From: Iphione sp. A-MEVVRFRX5
Lineage: Eukaryota
Reading direction: 5' to 3'
Assembly: GCA_976226885.1 (NCBI GenBank)
Contig: OZ320314.1
Span: 111,290,001 to 111,354,000, forward strand
DNA length: 64,000 nucleotides
The position numbers and the translations under genes were made by a program. Under the pieces are notes generated by a model. The model was not told where the DNA came from. It searched no databases and was given only the letters and a program-made list of their open reading frames with translations. This document shows positions 62,851 to 64,000 of the stretch, piece after piece (the stretch's first letter is position 1; each line of letters starts with the position of its first letter).

Positions 62851-64000
62851 AGACATCAGGAGAAAGTGAGAGAAGGTGTAAGGGCGGACATGGCCGGTGG
62901 CCTCTTCTGATCTCAGTCTAGGTATATGACTACTGATTCCCACTAGGCACAACATTTAAAGATATTTTAGTCTTAATTTGCCTGTTAAATGATTGTTAAA
63001 TGATTTTTTTTCAGTCAGTGATGTTTCCTTCTGTGAGACTCTGATACTTCTTATAGGTGGTCCAAGGTGAGGTGGTCCCTTTCAAGAGGTGGTCCCTCTA
63101 TTAAATAAGAGGGAAACAGTTTGGTTCTTTGAAAATCTGGTCCTATTTAGGGGGAGGTCCCATTTTGAGGTGGTCCCAGACAGGGGTTCTACTGTAGCTT
63201 ATAAATTCAAGAATTTTATGTTAGGGAGAGGAAATTTTTCTAGGACCTCTCAACTTTAATGAGTTGAAAATATAAGATTTATCTATTTTAATGATGTTTG
63301 TTCTATCCAAATATTTGATGTATGTTTCACTTTCAAAGTTCTGTTATGGTGATCTCTGCTCTATTTCATGTTGCAATAAACTTTCAGTTAACGTTACTAT
63401 CAGCATTTTCAGTGGCAACTTGCACAGTATGTAACTAAGTGGCTGTGTTATAGTATCATTTTCTGCCAGTTGGTGTTATGCGCTAATTTGGATCATGTCA
63501 TGTGACAGATAGAGATTCTGTTCACACTTGTTGCTATTTTGCTATATATGTAAGCCCAAAGTCTGAATTCATCTTTTTTATGACTAATTTTTTTATTTTT
63601 GTGGTTGGGTCAAATATTTGTGCATAATCTAACGAGCAATTAATTTGAAGACTCAGGATAAAATATTGTGCCCATTATCCATGTTATTTTGTTCCCATAT
63701 TATCCTAATTGTTCTACCTCTAACGTCTGGTTCTAAAGGTGAATATCAGTTAAAGTTTACCAGTGTAAATTTCTATTCATTTTTTACAGATTATCTTTTC
63801 TATTATCCTTCGTTATTATAAAAGTTCTGCATCTATTTTTTTTTATACAAATCCCACTCTTTAAGCTTAATGCCGACATCACTTCAACTTCAGTGTTATC
63901 CCTCTTGATATCAACCGCTAAGAAAAATTGGTTCACGACAACCCTCCTGGCTTATTCCTGGTTTGATGAAGCATTCTCAAATCATGCATCAAACTATTAA

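Overview
Eukaryotic (animal, probably marine invertebrate) genomic DNA: intron-rich, repeat-rich, with six N gaps. A complete 9-exon HMCES/SRAP abasic-site crosslinker gene (369 aa) can be reconstructed on the + strand (19541-36927). It lies head-to-head with an unidentified - strand gene whose first exon is at 18862-18891. Its 10.3 kb intron 2 holds a Deu/Nin-type tRNA SINE, a Penelope GIY-YIG fragment flanked by hammerhead-like cores, several MITEs and a candidate nested antisense spliced gene (25004-26273). The right half carries a - strand gene with a two-exon Calx-beta domain (60682-62277) and a probable transmembrane exon (50205-50467). A full-length Ngaro-type tyrosine-recombinase retrotransposon with split direct repeats (52898-57153; gag-like, RT/RNase H, YR; three small lesions) sits between those exons. 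The rest is decayed LINE/PLE fragments, MITEs and simple repeats. All calls come from reading the sequence by eye; no database searches were run.
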